A stretch of DNA of 64,000 bases from Octopus vulgaris (GCA_951406725.2 OX597821.1:86242001-86306000), one strand, 5' to 3'. Counted from the first letter of the stretch, positions 1 through 14,170 are shown. Translations and numbers: made by a program. Notes: generated from the sequence alone by a model not told the origin.

Positions 1-595
1 TGAGACGACAACTCAGAACAGACAATTGTTGTAAGGTTTGGATTCCGGGATAATTTACAACTGGAAAAGAGAAATAATGCTGGTCGCGTAAAGGGAATCT
101 ATCCACAGTCGTTTATTTAGACTATTGGTCTCAGTTGTGGTCGTCAAATAGTGTTAAACTGTTTGCAGAACTCGAAGCAATCCAACGCTACTTACTGCTC
201 CATTAATGTTATCACAATGCAACATGAACAACCGGAAGTGACTGAAAAGCATCAGGACATTACTTCCTGTAGTGAAGACGGATAAAGTTGTGTAGGAGTA
301 TTTATGTGTGCGCACGCTCGTGTGTGTTTCTGTGCGCCTGTGCGTTCTCTCTTTCTTATCTATTTCCACTTAAACTCTTTAGTACTTGATAGTCGATATT
401 ACATGGATGAGCATATATGAGCGAAAGAGTGCGTGTTATTTGTTTGTGAGTGTTTGGGAGTAAGTTGGTGGTACTTCTAAACATAAGGCAGCAAGGGAGA
501 TAACATCACACCATATAGCATTTACAGTAAGTTGGCAAGCGAGATAACTCCCAGGAAAGTGGTATACAGAATCATGATTACAGAAAGATTATATG

Positions 596-629
<34 letters not shown>

Positions 630-679
630 TGTGTGTGTGTGCGTGCGAGTGTGTGTGTGCGTGCGTACGAGTATGTTTA

Positions 680-734
<55 letters not shown>

Positions 735-741
735 GGCACTA

Positions 742-810
742 TTACACATAGATGCCGCACGCTAGGAGGGACTTTTAAAGTCCCTCCTAGCGTGCGGCAT
801 CTATGTGTAA
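742..810. repeat. perfect palindrome, 34-bp arms
   Basis: 742-775 vs 777-810, 1-nt spacer. Confidence 0.95.
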
Positions 811-932
811 AAATGCCCTCTATATAATATAAATAAATATTTTCAAGTTGAAAAAAATTATGGATTTTTTCTCTTACGAGGTTTTTTCACGCTAACTACT
901 TGATAATTTCTTATGAAGATTTTATCCTATTT

Positions 933-964
<32 letters not shown>

Positions 965-3395
965 TATACTCACATACATACAGACAGATAGATAGATATA
1001 TTGATTGATATATAGATTGTAATAATCAAAAAGAAAAATCGTTAAGTAAATTTGTGAATTCTATTAATTTTTTTCGTGTTAATTACTTAATTTCAAATTG
1101 AAATTTCTAATCCTACCTCATAGTATGATGAAATGGTTATTTCCCTGCCATGACCATATGTAATGAAAAAAAAAAAGAAAAGAAACCAAGTGTAACTGTT
1201 GACTATGGTCAAGACTCGTGTTGATGAATATATGTTTGTTCAGCTACATACGCAAAGGATTACCCCACCCAAAAAGTATTTGAAATGATTGTCGTCACCT
1301 CAGAGAGTATATTGAAAAACGGCTTGTGGGTTTGTTTGTAGCTGAAACCGAAATTATTGGTTATTATAAGACATTTTCACAAGGTAGAACTACCCAAGGC
1401 AACATCTCTTATTCCATATATATACAAATAACGTCTCTTCTTAATTATCGATTCCTAAACTGCTAACGTTGTATGAAGGAAAGAAAAATACTTATTCCAT
1501 GGATTTCTTGCAGATTGTGATTATTTTCACCTTTAACGAAAATGTCTCACTTTCTAAAACAATCCTTATTTAATATGTCACAGTTTATATCATTCCCATG
1601 ATTTTTAAAAAAAGAGGGAAATAGTGCTATACATTATAATCACCGACTAGAAATTTTAAGGACATTGTAATAATTAAATAAATAAATATACAATTGAATA
1701 AAGAAATTGCAAATTCGCATCTATTTCCGCGTAATTATTTAATTTCGAATTAAAATTTCTAATGCGGACTCATATTATGAAGAAATGATTATATTCCTTG
1801 TATTAGCTTCCTTGTATCTTCCTTGTATTAGCCATTAATAGAGAAACCAAGTGCATATGTTTCTTCCTAGATGTACGTTTTATGTGCACATACTCATAAT
1901 ACATAAAAATTAACATCCAAGCAGCTGAAGTCGTTGCTTGAAGGTTTTGATTGTGATTTGATCTCGCAAACTGAAGGCGGCTGTTTGAAGGAGAGACCCT
2001 CACGTTCACAAATTATTGTACTTTTATGAACTTACTATGAATTTGCCTCTATGCACCCTGTGTACGAGAGTGTTCTTTATTTTAGACTAAAAGGCTCATG
2101 GTTGCTATGTATGTATATATAATATATATGTGTGTATAGGTGTGTGTCTGTGTCTGTCTGTTTGAACGTGAGTGTGCGTAGTTGTATGTAAGTCTGTATA
2201 AATGCCGTATCGAAGGCCACATATAGACATAGAATGTCAGAAGTGAAAAAAGAGCGCTCTATATAGTCAACAGAGTTAAATGTTATTGTTAATATCTTCT
2301 ACCGGTTCAGTGAGAGATACCTTATGTTTCGAAAATTCAAATGTGTAGAAAAATATTTAATCCATATGTTACTCACCAGCCAGTGTTAACTTGAGTTCAC
2401 TTAATTACAAAGAGATATTTCATAAAGTAGCCCCTTATTACAACAAAACACTTAGAAATAGCGGATATAAAGATAAAATTAAGTATATACCCTACACTTA
2501 ACTACGAAACAAAAATAGAAGTAGGACAATTATCTGGTTCACACCCCCTTTCACCCTAAATGTGAAAGTAACGTCTTCAACCTAATAAATAAGAATTTTC
2601 CGCTTCAGCATAAGTATATGATATTCAGTAGGCATTCGGATAAAACCAGTTATTTCTGCACTGCTTTCATAAGATCGGAAGTCCCCCAGAAAGTCAAATT
2701 CGAAGAGAAGCCTGGGATGTTCCTGCAGAATGAAGGATAACTATGTGGTACAGTGAGACTGTAATGTGAAGTCTAAGGTATATGAAACCACCATTGCACC
2801 AGCTGAAACAGGCCAAAAAGAGAGGAGCAGAGAAAACATATGTGGGAATGGTACAAGACCGCTTTAAGAAGCGGCACTATTCACATATTGCAACCTTTAA
2901 ACATCCGGAAAAGAGGACTACGACGGCTCCTGTGAAGCAAGATAGGAACTAAAAGATAAATACCACATAACATCAAATGCAAAGTTCTGGACAAGTCCAG
3001 GCTATGTATCAGAGGAAGATAGATGTGCTCTTTGCATGATTAAGAAGTTCCGGACATAACAAGGAATAAAATCCAGCAATATATACCTGATCAATAAGAG
3101 AAAGGTCTTCAGAGAATGCTTGAACATCACGCCTTTCCTCCTATTTACAGGAAAAAACATCGGAATAACTACACAAATTTAATACCCAAGAAATACATAC
3201 CCATATTAACCAAAGTAAATTAATTCTACACACAAACACGCACATACATAAACATACACACTAACACAACACAACACAATATACAAATAACCCTACACCT
3301 AGAACTTTCTGCAAAAAACATGTAAAAATGACGACAGACTGACATACATACACAGGATACGCACTTACTGCACAAGCACACGCACGCACACACAC

Positions 3396-3462
<67 letters not shown>

Positions 3463-4078
3463 ATAAACAAAAAAAGTAAGAGATGACTTGCCAACCTATC
3501 AGTCAGACAACATCTACAAAGCATCAATATTTAAATAAGAATTTTTTTTTACTTAATATATAAAAAAGAGTTACGTTCTCTGATCAGTTCGATCGTTTTG
3601 AATCACGATATCACAAGTTAACTCAAGTTTCTTATGGGTCTCTCATCAACCATCTTAATTGGGGCTGATGAGAGACCCATAAGAAACCTAGGCATTAAAT
3701 AAGTATCTCCAAATATGTATTTCGAAATTATCTCTCTCCTTGTTTTTCTTTTTTCTTTTTCCTCTTTTCTTTATTCCTCTCTTCCTGTTTGCGATTTGAC
3801 ATTACAAATACATGCCCTACTTTTAGGTCACTTTAAATAAAACCCTTGATTCAATAGTACTTACTGTTTACAAACTCTCTACTTAGAATGATCAATTTTA
3901 AATACTATTGGAATTTACTCACAAGGTATTGGAATCTTATGTGTGTACCATTCTGCCTAAATAATGGATCTACAAATACAATATCCTTACAGATCTCACA
4001 TCTATTTTCATTCTTCCACTTCACTCTCTATTTCGTATCTTATCTAAATTAACTATTGCTTAACCATCTTCTCACACC

Positions 4079-4126
4079 GTCTCCGATGAAGGGATATAAT
4101 AAATATCCTGGAAACAGCTGTAAGAC
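4079..4126 (+). ncRNA. type-I hammerhead ribozyme fold
   Basis: GTCT-CCGATGA-a-GGGATAT(aataa)ATATCCT-g-GAAAC-AGCT-GTA^AGAC. Confidence 0.7.
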
Positions 4127-4536
4127 CTTCTATTTATAAATGTTCTAAAATCTTCACAGCCTTGGTTTTTTTGATCTCATATATACTCATGCTGATATAT
4201 GACCTACGTTGAACTCCTTATTCGCATAATAACCGAACCTGGAGCTTAGCTATGGTCTATCCATAGTACTTATTCGGCATTACCTGACACCTTTTGGGTC
4301 TTACTGACACCATTACCTCTCATAACCTTTCTTTCTCTCACTCTTTCTCCCCCCTCTCTCTCTATATATATATATCTTTTATATATAAAAAAAGGTGAGG
4401 ATCCCATATGGGTTTGAATACCAGTTTTTGTGTTCAGTAATGATTTGTACGTCCTGCTGAAGAATTCTTTATATTTCCGGAAATTATCGTTGTCCGACCA
4501 TAACTTAAAGAAGGGGAATATTGTGAATTTTCCCTT

Positions 4537-4784
4537 TCTGTCTATTAAAAAAAGAAAATACACACACTTACATAGTGTTAATATAATTTTTAATATATCT
4601 ACCGATTTCGCTATCGCTATTATTATGTTTTACTTATTTTACTTGTTTTAGTCATGTGACTGTGGCCATGCTTGAGCACCGCCTTCAGTCGAGCACATCG
4701 ACCCTGGGACTTATTCTTCGTAAGCCTAGTACTTATTCTATCGCTCTCTTTTGCCGAATATATGCGTATTTAATTTTTTAATTT

Positions 4785-4865
<81 letters not shown>

Positions 4866-6254
4866 ACAGTTCATAGATGTTCATACGTAAACAAGTACGC
4901 AACAAAGAAGTAAAATCTGATCATTACAAATACTTATTGTGTTCATTCTTTGAAGCGAAATACATTTACACGAATATATCCCATACGTTTTACGCCAGGG
5001 CAATACAATTTAAAGAAAAGCAGACAGATTAAAGAAACGAAATGGAGCCGAACAATGAATGAAAAATTGACAGGAAGATAGACAAAATGTATTTAGAAAC
5101 AGTCAACGCTTGCTTGCAACCATCAACATAAATGTTCGCTCATTTATATTTACCCACAGAGACACACACATACACACACACACACACGCACGCACACATA
5201 CACAAACACACACACACACATATATGTATATATATATGTATGTATGTATATAGGTGCAGGAGTGGCTGTGTGGTAAGTAGCTTGCTAACCAACCACATGG
5301 TTCCGGGTTCAGTCCCACTGCGTGGCACCTAGGGCAAGTGTCTTCTACTATAGCCTCGGGCCGACAAAAGCCTTGTGAGTGGATTTGGTAGACGGAAACT
5401 GAAAGAAGCCCGTCGTATATATGTATATATATATGCGTGTGTGTGTTTGTGTGTCTGTGTTTGTCCCCCTAGCATTGCTTGACAACCGATGCTGGTGTGT
5501 TTATGTCCTCGTTACTTAGCGGTTCGGCAAAAGAGACCGATAGAATAAGTACTGGGCTTACAAAAGAATAAGTCCCGGGGTCGAGTTGCTCGACTAAAGG
5601 CGGTGCTCCAGCATGGCCGCAGTCAAATGACTGAAATAAGTAAAAGAGTAAAGAGTATTTACATAAATCTCTTTAGTCACACTTACACAAGAAGCAAGTA
5701 GATAATGAACAAAACTCATGTACACGCATGGGCACCCATGTATGGGTTGCGTGCATGCTTGTGTGTGTGTGCGTGTGTGTGCGTGTGTGCGTGTGTGTGT
5801 GTGTGTGTGTGCGTGTGTGTGTGCGTGTGTGTACGTACACAGGTTACTTACCACACAGCCACTCCTGCACCTATATACATACATATATATATACATATAT
5901 GTGTGTGTGTGTGTTTGTGTATGTGTGCGTGCGTGTGTGTGTGTGTGTATGTGTGTGTCTCTGTGGGTAAATATAAATGAGCGAACATTTATGTTGATGG
6001 TTGCAAGCAAGCGTTGACTGTTTCTAAATACATTTTGTCTATCTTCCTGTCAATTTTTCATTCATTGTTCGGCTCCATTTCGTTTCTTTAATCTGTCTGC
6101 TTTTCTTTAAATTGTATTGCCCTGGCGTAAAACGTATGGGATATATTCGTGTAAATGTATTTCGCTTCAAAGAATGAACACAATAAGTATTTGTAATGAT
6201 CAGATTTTACTTCTTTGTTGCGTACTTGTTTACGTATGAACATCTATGAACTGT

Positions 6255-6333
<79 letters not shown>

Positions 6334-6581
6334 AAATTAAAAAATTAAATACGCATATATTCGGCAAAAGAGAGCGATAGAATAAGTACTAGGCTTACGA
6401 AGAATAAGTCCCAGGGTCGATGTGCTCGACTGAAGGCGGTGCTCAAGCATGGCCACAGTCACATGACTAAAACAAGTAAAATAAGTAAAACATAATAATA
6501 GCGATAGCGAAATCGGTAGATATATTAAAAATTATATTAACACTATGTAAGTGTGTGTATTTTCTTTTTTTAATAGACAGA
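4537..6581. repeat. about 740-bp near-perfect inverted duplication
   Basis: 4537-5279 is the reverse complement of 5845-6581, apart from microsatellite length. Confidence 0.95.
5258..5653 (+). mobile_element. tRNA-derived SINE family A (CORE-like, internal microsatellite)
   Basis: A/B-box head (GGCTGTGTGG...GGTTCAGTCCC), CTTGGGCAAGT-like core, (AAAAGAGT)n tail; many copies in the window. Confidence 0.85.
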
Positions 6582-6826
6582 GAGAGAGTCAAGACTATAT
6601 GTTATTTATATAGAAATATAATAAAAGGCTTCCAAATAAGGAAGCGTAGTGCTAGAAACACAAAAAGGGATAAATTCATGAAAGGAATGAAAATCAAAAA
6701 CATTTACCATCTCAGCTATATCCCAGACCGGACGGTTTCTACCTATTTTGAGCAAACAAACAAAATATATTCATAAATACATACATATATGTGCATACAT
6801 GCATACACTTAATAGTTGTATATATA

Positions 6827-6939
<113 letters not shown>

Positions 6940-6950
6940 GTGCGCATGTG

Positions 6951-7357
6951 TACTCTTTTACTCTTTTACTTGTTTTAGTCATATGACTGTGGCCATGCTG
7001 GAGCACCGCCTTTAGTCGAGCACATCGACCCCGGGACATATTCTTCGTAAGCCTAGTACTTATTCTATCGCTCTCTTTTGCCGAAACGCTAAGTTATGGG
7101 GACGAAAACGCACCAGCATCGGTTGTCAAGCGATGCTGGGGGGATAAACACAGACACACAAATATATACACACACATACATATATATACATATATACGAC
7201 GGGCTTCTTTCAGTTTCGGTCTACCAAATCCACTCACTAGGCTTTGGTTGGCCCGAGGCCATAGTAGAAGACCCTTGCCCAAGGTGCCACGCAATGGGAC
7301 TGATACCGGAAACATGTGGTTCGTAAACAAGCTACTTACCACACAGCCACTCCTACG
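6951..7357 (-). mobile_element. SINE family A
   Basis: Near-identical to 5258-5653. Confidence 0.85.
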
Positions 7358-7421
<64 letters not shown>

Positions 7422-8792
7422 TATATATATTATCATTTAACGTCTGTGTTCCATGCTAGCATGGGTTGGACGGTACTACAAGAGCCGGCCAGACAGAAGC
7501 CTGCAACTGTAACTGATTTGGCAGAATTTTTACAGCTGGATGCTCTTCCTAGCACCAATAACTCAGTAGAGTGGACTAAGTGCTTTTAATGTGGGCCAAG
7601 ATGAGTAGTTCTTTTTATGTGGCACGAGCACATGCGAGGCCAGTTTCGGCAAGGTTTTTACAGCTGGATGCCCTTCCGAACACCAACCACTTTACAGTGT
7701 TGACTGGGTGCTTTTAAGTGGCACCTGCACTGACAGGTTCACCAAGCACTTGCAAGAAAAAAACTTTTAAGAGGGGAGGAGGTATCGGAGGAGGTGATGA
7801 TGAAAAGATTATAGTGAGACAGATATAAGTGTCTTGCTGAAGAGGAAGTATAAGGTTACCTGGGAGGAGACAGAAGGTCAGGGATGAAGACAGAAACAGG
7901 TGTGCTACGGCAAAGAAAATACACGGTTACCCACCCTGAGGGATGTACAATGAAGGGAAAGAAAGGGAGATATAGAGAAAGAAAGAGTGAGTGAGAGAGA
8001 GAGAGAGAGAGAGTGGGCGACCGCAGCATGTAGATTTGGCAGAATGACGGGCATTCTCACAAGGAACGAGGATCAGGGTATAAATGAGATGGTTGAGTAA
8101 AGGAAGAGAGATATGAATAGTGGCAAGTACCAGGGTATACATTGAGGCTCAACTGCCAAAATACATGTGACAGGATATTGCGAAGCAAGTGCGAGTAAGT
8201 GGTGAAAACCTGGGTATATATACAGTTGGAGGAGTTACTGGACAGCAATGATACAAAGGAACAGGGGGTGTGAGGACAGGAGTGGGGATCGAGAGCTAGG
8301 TATAGTGAATGAAAGAAGAAATGCGAGAAAGAGAAGAGATGTAAATTAGTTTGTTGGGGTAGGATGAGGGAAAGGTTTTCTTGCTATGTGAGGGTGGAAC
8401 ATCCAGGTTGTGGGCTAACAGATGGCAATAATAGAATGAGACAAGGCATGTGGGTAGAATGCACAGGTTGGGGCAAGCAGAGAGCAATGATACCGTGGCA
8501 CCGGGCCAAGAGGACAAGTGGCCAGCATGGGAATAAAAACCTTCAAAGGTAATAATTATTATTAAAATTATAATTTAGGGTATCTATGAGAAACCACCAC
8601 GCTTGAAACAGCAGCCAAAACTTGACCCTAAAACCACATTAAAAGTTCATACAGTACCAGGAGAGAAGACAAAAAATACAAAATAAAGTAGCCAAAAAAT
8701 TACTGGATAATTCCAGATCCCGGATTTCTGACTCTGCATAAGAAATGCTTTGCCTCATAAGTTGTTTGTATATATACGTCAGGAGGATTTAG

Positions 8793-8823
<31 letters not shown>

Positions 8824-8886
8824 CAAGAAAAAAGAAAAGCGACAATTAAATTAATACTTATTTATTAATTATAAAATTGGACATCA

Positions 8887-8969
8887 TCTCTGACAGCTGT
8901 TTCAATTCAAGACTTTAGAAATTAATTAGCATAATTAAAAACATATTAAACCTGAATCTAATCGGAGTT
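8887..8969 (-). ncRNA. degenerate hammerhead fold
   Basis: CCGATTA-g-ATTCAGG...CTTGAAT-t-GAAAC-AGCT-GTC^AGAG; the G8 core position is mutated. Confidence 0.45.
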
Positions 8970-9469
8970 GGCGTTAGATATACCATTACATTTTCATGTT
9001 CCAGTGTGTTGAGTATACGGTTCCAAACCGCTAACTGATGAATGCTATCTAGAAAGAACATGGTAAGAACCACCCTACAAAGGGGAGGAAGGTTGTACAT
9101 TTATGGAAGTTATAAAAATGAATAAGAATAAAAATAAAGAATAAGGTATTAAAATAATGTATTAAATAAAAGAAATTCTGAAGGTGGTTACAATAATGTG
9201 ATAGCATTATATTATAAATAGTTATTAATATTATAGATAAGCAGTATTTAAAATCAATATATTATAGTATTATAGTGAACTAATAAAAGTGTATTCTTTT
9301 AGATGCATTACAATATAGTATAAATACGATAGAGATGAAATAGAAATGCAAGAAGCCCAAAGTAAAGTAATAAAATAAGGAAAAATATAGAATATATTAT
9401 TTAGTAGGGGACCTCGTTGACAGGTGCATTGTTGTTGTAAAGAATCCATTCGCTTTCGCCGAATGTGAT

Positions 9470-9700
9470 TCCTTAAACGCTTCAAAACGTCGCAGTTGAA
9501 GTCTCGATTGACGGTCTGGTCCCGGGGAACGAATTATCGATGCACAATACCGCGGATGTCAAAAACACGATGAGACTCCGCTTAATTGAAACTCCTTTTG
9601 AAGAGCCCTTGCCACTCGAAACATTGCGTACGATCCATTGCTTCGCCACCGTAAGCTTGCCGAAGCATGTTCAAAGTCCGACATCGTAAATTTGATGGCT
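9470..9700 (-). mobile_element. mariner transposase fragment
   Basis: MLRQAYGGEAMDRTQCFEW N-terminal HTH-like segment. Confidence 0.6.
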
Positions 9701-9890
9701 TGTAATACTTGTCAGCATACAGAACAATACTGAAATTCCTTAAACCTTCTGTTTCGATTGCTATTCTGAGTGTATCTATAAATTGTTTTCGCACCTGTTC
9801 AATTTGTATACCACAGACGGTACTGAATTGGAGGGTGGAGTTTCTACTACTATATATTAGTATACACACGCACGCACACATGTATTTATA

Positions 9891-11189
9891 TTCGGTTGGC
9901 AACTGAGTTCCCACCGTTTAAAAAAAAATTCTGGAATTTATTGCGTTTTTAAATTTTGGAATCTATTGTTTTCGAGAATTCTATTTTTGAATCATTTTTG
10001 AATCTATTTTGTTTGTATTTTTTTTTCTAGTTAATTTTAGTTAATTTTTGTTTATTTTCAGATCATTGAAATGGAATGTCAGGTTAAGAAAAACGAGCAT
10101 TTTTGACACCTCCTTCTTTTTGCTTTTAATCAAGGTTCTGAGGCCGCAAAAGCTGCTCGCGACATTTGTGTGTGTATGAAGAGGGTGCCATAGCTGAAAG
10201 AACCGCTCGTGATTGGTATGTCAAGTTCAAAAATGGAAATTTTAATCTCAAAGTCGCACATCGTTCGGGCCGTCCAGTTGAGTTCGACAAAGAGCGATTA
10301 AACCAAATTTTGCACGAAAATTCTCGTCAAACGACAAGGGAACTGTCAGAGAAAATGGAATGTTCCCACACTGCTATAGAAGCATCTTCACTCGATGGGA
10401 ACGGTTCAGAAGTATGGAGCATGGGTTCCGCATGCTTTAAGTGACAATAACAAAAATCAACGAGCCACAATCTCCGCTTGTTTGCTTGCTCGTCACCGCT
10501 CAACTCATGGACACAAGCAACGATTTCTTTACCGAATCGTTACTGGCGACGAAAAGTGGTGCCTGTACATTAATATGAAGCAGTTTAAGGAATGGTTTGG
10601 CCCCGGTAAACAAACGACACCGAGCGTGAAACAAAATTTTCATCAGCGTAAAACGATGTTGTGCGTATGGTAGGACTGAGAAGAAATTATCCATTTAGAA
10701 TTGTTTGAACGGAACCTAACGGTCAACGCGGAGCTCTATGTTCAACAGATGGAACGACTCAACGCGGCTGTTCAAGAGAAAAGACCTAATCGTCAGCATG
10801 GAGTTCTTCTGCTGCACGACAACGCCCGCCCTCAAATCGCCAATATGACCAAGGAAGCCATTCAAACGCATGGCTGGGAAGTGCTGCCACACCCGTCGTT
10901 CTCTCCTGATTTGGCACCAACGAATTTCCACCTCTTTCGATCTCTTTCAAATTCTATGCGCGGAGTTCCGTTCAGTACTGATGCAGAATTGAGAGCTTGG
11001 TTGGATCAATTTTTCGAGTCGAAATCGGATGATTTCTATCAACGAGGTATTGAAAATCTTGTTGAACGTTGGGAAGAAGTTGTAAACAACAAGGGTGAAT
11101 ACATTATTGATTAATTAGTTGATGTTTTTTATTAAACCTTTTAAAAAATTTAAATTTAAAAAACGGCGGGAATTTAGTTGCCAACCTAA
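9891..11189 (+). mobile_element. full-length decayed mariner (DD34D) DNA transposon
   Basis: About 28-bp TIRs (TTCGGTTGGCAACT... / ...AGTTGCCAACCTAA) flanked by TA. Transposase 10071-11114 has WVPHAL, IVTGDEKW, LLHDNARP and SPDLAPTNFHLF motifs, with stops and frameshifts. Confidence 0.93.
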
Positions 11190-11289
11190 TATTCTTATAT
11201 GTTTGTATGTTTATATGTAAATATAAATATATACGTATTGATCTATACACAAATACCCAAGTATATGCATTCATACATAGATATATAGT

Positions 11290-12160
11290 GTTGAGCCAAA
11301 AGTCCGCAATATTTTGTTAACTTATTTGCCTTATTTGTCAAGTTACAATCAAAGCATCTTAGCATTCAAGGTAGAGGCCATAGTGTTGCACTGTCTGAAG
11401 CCACCTTACTGTCGGTCTTTTTATTCCACGCTGGTACCAGTTTTTGTCCTTTGAAGAACTCCTTCATTGTAGCTTTCCTAATTCCTCTTAGCTGATGAAG
11501 TGTCGCGAGCGCAGGAGGTGAAGCATGGATCGAAGCAAATAATAATCCGAAGGATCTAAGTCCGAATATTTACTGGGTGTGGCATCAGTTTGATTCTCCC
11601 AATTTCTAGGAGTTTATTTCGGGTCGTTCTAGTGGTATGAGGCCTTGAGTTGTCTTGCTGCAGAAGAGGTCGCTTTCTGTTAAGCAATGCTGGATATCTT
11701 TGCCTCACAATGACATACGTCTGCTCGAGCAGCTCAGAATACAGGTTGGCATCGATATTTCGATCGCCCGGAACAAACACGCTCATAATTCCACCAGACA
11801 CTGAGCATTACCGTGTGTTCGAAGCGCTCAATGTTTGGTGACAGGTTCTGGAAGCTGGCTCTTGCTTAAACACTGCTTACGCATGTTAGGGATGTAGAAA
11901 AATATCTCCCTCGGATTACCACCCATGGCTCGCTTCCTGCGCTCGCGACGATTCAACCCTCAGGATGAGGTTGAGGCTTCATTGAAAGAGTTCGTCTCGA
12001 AGGACAAGAACTGGTATCAGCGTGAGGTCAATGACCCGGCAGAAAGGTTACGTCAGATGGTGCAACGCGATGTCATATACTTTGAATGCTAGTCTGCTTG
12101 TGCTGTAACTTAACGAATAAAGCAAACAAGTTATAAAGTTATTACAGAACATTTGACTCA
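11290..12160. mobile_element. older mariner remnants
   Basis: Minus-strand LLQQDNSRPHT...MPHP motif, plus a short C-terminal-like piece on + near 11960-12090. Confidence 0.7.
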
Positions 12161-12209
12161 ACACAATATATGTGTTTAGAGTGAGTGACAGAGAGAAAAA
12201 TATGTATGT

Positions 12210-12290
<81 letters not shown>

Positions 12291-12614
12291 TTTGAAAATG
12301 CAATTATAAAGATGTTTATTCACTTGACCAGTTTCACTTTCTTAGAAAAAGATTGTCAACAGTAAAATACAAAGCTTTGTATAAGCTTTGTTATGCTAAG
12401 TACTGGTTGTCAAAAAAGTATTAAAATACATACGCGTATATACATTCTTTGATAATAATAAGAAAATGTTAAAAACAGTTTACAAAAAAATATTTGAGAA
12501 AATATTCAACAAAAAGTATTAGGAGTTCAATAAAAATCATGTTTGTTTGGTAGTATCTATATACATACATAGAAAAAGCATTAGGAGTTCAACAAAAATC
12601 ATGTTTGTTTGGTA

Positions 12615-12667
<53 letters not shown>

Positions 12668-13249
12668 AGGAGATATATTTAAGAGTTTACAAAGAATTTG
12701 AGATGAACCAACTTGTTTTCGTAGCATTTTTTATTTTATGTGTAGCTAAGGGTTGTTTGTTATTTTAAGGGACTGTGTGGGAGGTTGGTTGGGGTGGGGG
12801 AAGGAAGAGAATTTTCTGTTTCGCTGCACCTATGGAAACTTTTAAGTTTAGTGAAAATTTTGAAATTTAGTGTACTGATGTAATTTTCCACGCTGAATCT
12901 CAGGGAATAATTCACTTTTATGAGAACATTTTTTTAAAATGAGGTTTAAAGTTTGATCATTTTTATTAAATCATAAAACAGGATTTGGAAGCTGTCATTT
13001 TGTGCGTGACAGCATGTGTCAACTATAAACAACGAAATTTTGGCGAAATTCTGCTTTACGGACGCTATATAAACCATCGAATCTTCATTTATTTTTTGGA
13101 ATTTAAAAAAAATGTTTGCGAATTTGTGTTCTACACACGAGAATTCATACGATTATGCAAAAAAATAAAGGAAAAGAATATGTGCGCTATTTAAGGCCTT
13201 TTTAGCTGATATATTTTTAACACATATGATAACCTCATACTGAAAATGT

Positions 13250-14170
13250 TTGTCTTGTTGCATACTCACTGTCTGTCCTAAGTGGACGTACTCCTTTACC
13301 TCCTCGATATAATTGCTCCCTACTTCTATTCGGCCTTCTGATACTTTGTAAGGCTGAATGTATTTTATTTTCACTCGGTTCATTTGAAGGCTTCTTGCTG
13401 AGCTATGAGTGTCCAACTCTGTCAGCATGGTCTGTAGCTGATCTGTGGTTTCGGCAATGAGTAAGATGTCTTCTGCGTCCGAAATGTGTAAGCCTTTTCG
13501 CTGATGAAGTTCATATTACCTGTCCAGTCAATGTTTCTGGTGACCATATCTAGATAAGGTAGGGAAGAACTTTAGAGAGATGGCATCACCTTGTTAGACG
13601 TGTTTTTCAACTGGAACCCTTATTGGTGGAAATAGCAGTATTAAAATACATACGCGTATATACATTCTTTGATAATAATAAGAAAATGTTAAAAACAGTT
13701 TACAAGAAAATATTTGAGAAAATATTCAACAAAAAGTAACTTAATTTATCGACTCCGAAAGGATGAAAGGCAAAGTCGATCTCGGTGGAATTTGAACTCA
13801 GAACGTAACGGCAGATGAAATACCTATTTCTTTACTACCCACAAGGGGCTAAACACAGAGGGGACAAACAAGGACAGACATAGGTATTAAGTAGATTACA
13901 TCGACCCCAGTGCGTAACTGGTACTTAATTTATCGACCCCGAAAAGATGAAAGGCAAAGTCAACCTCGGTGGAAATTGAACTCAGAACGTAACGGCAGAT
14001 GAAATACCGCTAAGCATCTCGCCCGACGTGCTAACGTTTCTGTCAGCTCGCCGCCTTTCAAACGTTTGGAAATAGCAGTGCTATATCAATGGAGCTTGTA
14101 GAGTTTGCATCCCCGAGAATTGTGGTGTATTGCGCCTCGGCACGTTACATTTTCAAAGATTTCAGCACTA
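13250..14170 (-). mobile_element. RTE-like LINE reverse transcriptase fragment (interrupted)
   Basis: QGDAISLK and IEEVKEYVHLGQ motifs; interrupted by the insertion at 13640-14066. Confidence 0.65.
13740..14056 (-). mobile_element. tRNA-derived SINE family B (MetaSINE-like domain), multimer
   Basis: GGCGGCGAGCTG head, GAGTTCAA B-box, GACTTTGCCTTTCATCCTTTCGGGGTCGATAAATTAAGTACCAG domain. Confidence 0.85.

Noticed and set aside
154-369. Minus-strand ORF with AG acceptor and GTAAGT donor
   Set aside because: No recognisable protein similarity and no partner exons in the window.
2296-2382. Minus-strand CTGGTGA...GAAAC hammerhead-like string
   Set aside because: Core is mutated and stems I/II do not pair convincingly.
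5258-5330. tRNA-like A/B boxes
   Set aside because: These are SINE heads, not cloverleaf tRNA genes.
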